From: Methanobacteriota archaeon
Lineage (GTDB): Archaea; Thermoplasmatota; Thermoplasmata; Thermoplasmatales; GCA-001856825
Length of the DNA stretch: 64,000 nucleotides
NCBI GenBank assembly: GCA_017857235.1
Contig: JAFMDN010000001.1
Location: forward strand, 23,022-87,021
Direction: 5' to 3'
In this document: positions 62,285-64,000 of the stretch, one piece after another
How the letters are laid out: every line of letters starts with the position of its first letter
Position numbering within the stretch: position 1 is the first letter of the stretch
The notes under the pieces: generated by a model
Databases searched by the model: none
Told to the model about the DNA's origin: nothing
Seen by the model: only the letters and a program-made list of their open reading frames with translations
Translations under genes and position numbers: made by a program

Positions 62285-63547
62285 TTACTTGTAAACTTTT
62301 TCTTCAACAAGATTAAAATCAAGTGCATCCAGTTGAATATTTCTCTTTGTAGAGAAATAACTGGGATCCTTCATTTCTTTTATGAATTCATGCTGTATAA
62401 TCATTTTCATAACCTCATTTGAACCTGTCCAGATCATACCCAATCTTGAATCTCTCAGCAATCTCTCAATCGGATATATTGTAGTGTATCCTATGCCTCC
62501 CATTATCTGCATTGCATCATTAACTACCTTCCACATTACTTCAGTTGAATTCAGTTTAGCCATTGATATCAATTTCCTTGCGTAAGACAGAGGTATTTTT
62601 CCCTTTTCCAGAAGGTCTGCCGCCTTGCTTGCGGTATACACAAGTGACATAGCTTGTTCAATTTCCGTCACAGATTCCGCGATTTTAAAATTAATACCCT
62701 CATGTTCCACAAGCTTACCCCCGAAGGCCTCCCTCTTCATGGCATAATCTGTAGCAACCTCTATTGCTGCAAGTGCAACTCCTACTGAACCGGCGGCAGT
62801 AGTGAGCCTTTCCGGTACCATCATGATGTTGAAAACGTCGTACCCTCCATTTACCTCTCCGATCACATTTTCCTCCCCAAGTTGCACGTCCTTGTAAACG
62901 ATTCTTGCTGTTCCTCCGCCTTTGTTTCCAAGCAAACCATATATTGTTTCCGTTTTCAACCCTGGACTATCCCTGTCGACGATAAACGCTGTTATCCCCT
63001 TCGTTATGGGTTTAGCGTTAGGATCTGTTATTGCGTAAGTCACAAAGAAGTCTGCACCACTCCCCCCGACAACGAACCTCTTCTGACCATTCAGGATGAA
63101 CTTTGATCCCTGCCTCGTTGCCCTTGTTCTCATCATTCCGAACAAATCGGATCCTCCTGTTGGTTCAGTAATGGCCTCAGCGCCGTATCTGTTTCCTGAT
63201 GTAATCCCTTTGAGGTATTTTTCCTTCTGATATTCCGTCCCAAATTTGTTGATTGGTTCCCCTACTATTGATCCTAGGGAATACATACAGCTCAGCGTGA
63301 ACCCGAGGTATCCCATTTCTTCAACTGCTGCCATCTCAGCCACCCAGGATGCGTTTCTGCCGCCATATTTTTCTGGAAACCTCAATCCTACGATCCTGTT
63401 TTCAGTTATGATCTTAATGAATTCCCTAGGAAATTTTACTTCTTCCCTCTCTAATTTCCTTATTAAATCACCGGGGACATCCTTCACAACTTTCCTGACT
63501 TGGTATTTTATTTCCCTCTCCTTTTCATCCAGCAGAAAATCCTCCAT
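62285..63547 (-). CDS. Acyl-CoA dehydrogenase
   Basis: PEKYGG, AITEP.GGSD, LNGQKRF, REAFG, QIMGG.GY, IW.GSNEV. Confidence 0.93.
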   Translation of the reverse strand: MEDFLLDEKEREIKYQVRKVVKDVPGDLIRKLEREEVKFPREFIKIITENRIVGLRFPEKYGGRNASWVAEMAAVEEMGYLGFTLSCMYSLGSIVGEPINKFGTEYQKEKYLKGITSGNRYGAEAITEPTGGSDLFGMMRTRATRQGSKFILNGQKRFVVGGSGADFFVTYAITDPNAKPITKGITAFIVDRDSPGLKTETIYGLLGNKGGGTARIVYKDVQLGEENVIGEVNGGYDVFNIMMVPERLTTAAGSVGVALAAIEVATDYAMKREAFGGKLVEHEGINFKIAESVTEIEQAMSLVYTASKAADLLEKGKIPLSYARKLISMAKLNSTEVMWKVVNDAMQIMGGIGYTTIYPIERLLRDSRLGMIWTGSNEVMKMIIQHEFIKEMKDPSYFSTKRNIQLDALDFNLVEEKVYK

Positions 63548-63592
63548 CTCTAATCACTATATGACTTTATGGGTATCATATATAAGAATATA

Positions 63593-64000
63593 GCTCATCC
63601 GATTTTTGTATGGGTTTATGGATAGAGCTGCAAATTACCACACCTGAAATATATTGCAGCTTTAAGGTGTTCCCTATTTCTGTAACCGAAAGCCATCTTC
63701 TCTATAAGTAAAATCTTTAAATTGATTCATTCAGCCCTTGCATTTGTTATATAGTGTGTGAAATAGTTCAGTATCTTTTCGATGTGAACTCTCATCATTC
63801 TTGCAACATCCTTCATTGCATCCACTCATGAATGCATGACCCATCAATATGAGCTTTGCCAGTATTTTTACCTTCATCCATGGATAAAGAACTCCACAGA
63901 TTGCGGTTATTCTAATTCATTCAATATGCCTCTCCTCTTAGCAAATCAGATCGTTTCAGTTCATTGAATCTTTCCCTGTATTTCTCAGGGGGGTTATCTG
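63593..64000 (-). mobile_element. ISL3-family transposase pseudogene (C-terminus) with right end
   Basis: Minus strand reads ILNYFTHYITNARAE*INLKILLIEKMAFGYRNREHLKAAIYFRCGNLQLYP* (stop at 63616-63618), with an internal TGA and further disruptions upstream; followed by IR-like ACCCATACAAAAATCGGATGAGC. Confidence 0.85.

Noticed and set aside
63700-63760. In-frame TGA in the ISL3 frame as selenocysteine or readthrough
   Set aside because: It replaces the conserved Gly of AEG.N, and other disruptions indicate pseudogene decay

Overview
Low-GC archaeal chromosome segment. Gene content (rpl37e, rpl15e, rps13-rps4-rps11-rpoD, Rpo6, Nop5, Sec61beta, carS/GGGPS/DGGGPS, tricorn factor F1-like peptidase) points to Thermoplasmata (inference). 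Bases 1-52200 are dense, mostly housekeeping genes plus tRNA-iMet and tRNA-Leu(CAA). Three small genes missing from the ORF track were found by hand: rpl37e, Sec61beta and a 48-aa zinc finger. Downstream of tRNA-Leu the region looks accessory, with IS256 and ISL3 remnants, a Sulfolobales-type merR/merH/merA mercury locus with a palindromic operator, a cysteine-desulfurase-like protein lacking the catalytic Cys, msrBA, and acyl-CoA genes of contrasting GC. The most unusual sequence-level signals are: (i) the folate-binding half of a split methionine synthase appears to start at ACG, behind a perfect SD and in frame with the metF stop, in an operon divergent from initiator tRNA-Met; (ii) the purF propeptide is encoded inside rpl37e; (iii) an A9 tract frameshifts a secreted DUF4382-like gene; (iv) two IS256-type ends abut each other. 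No CRISPR array, rRNA or intact mobile element was seen. All family assignments come from motif recognition, not from database searches.
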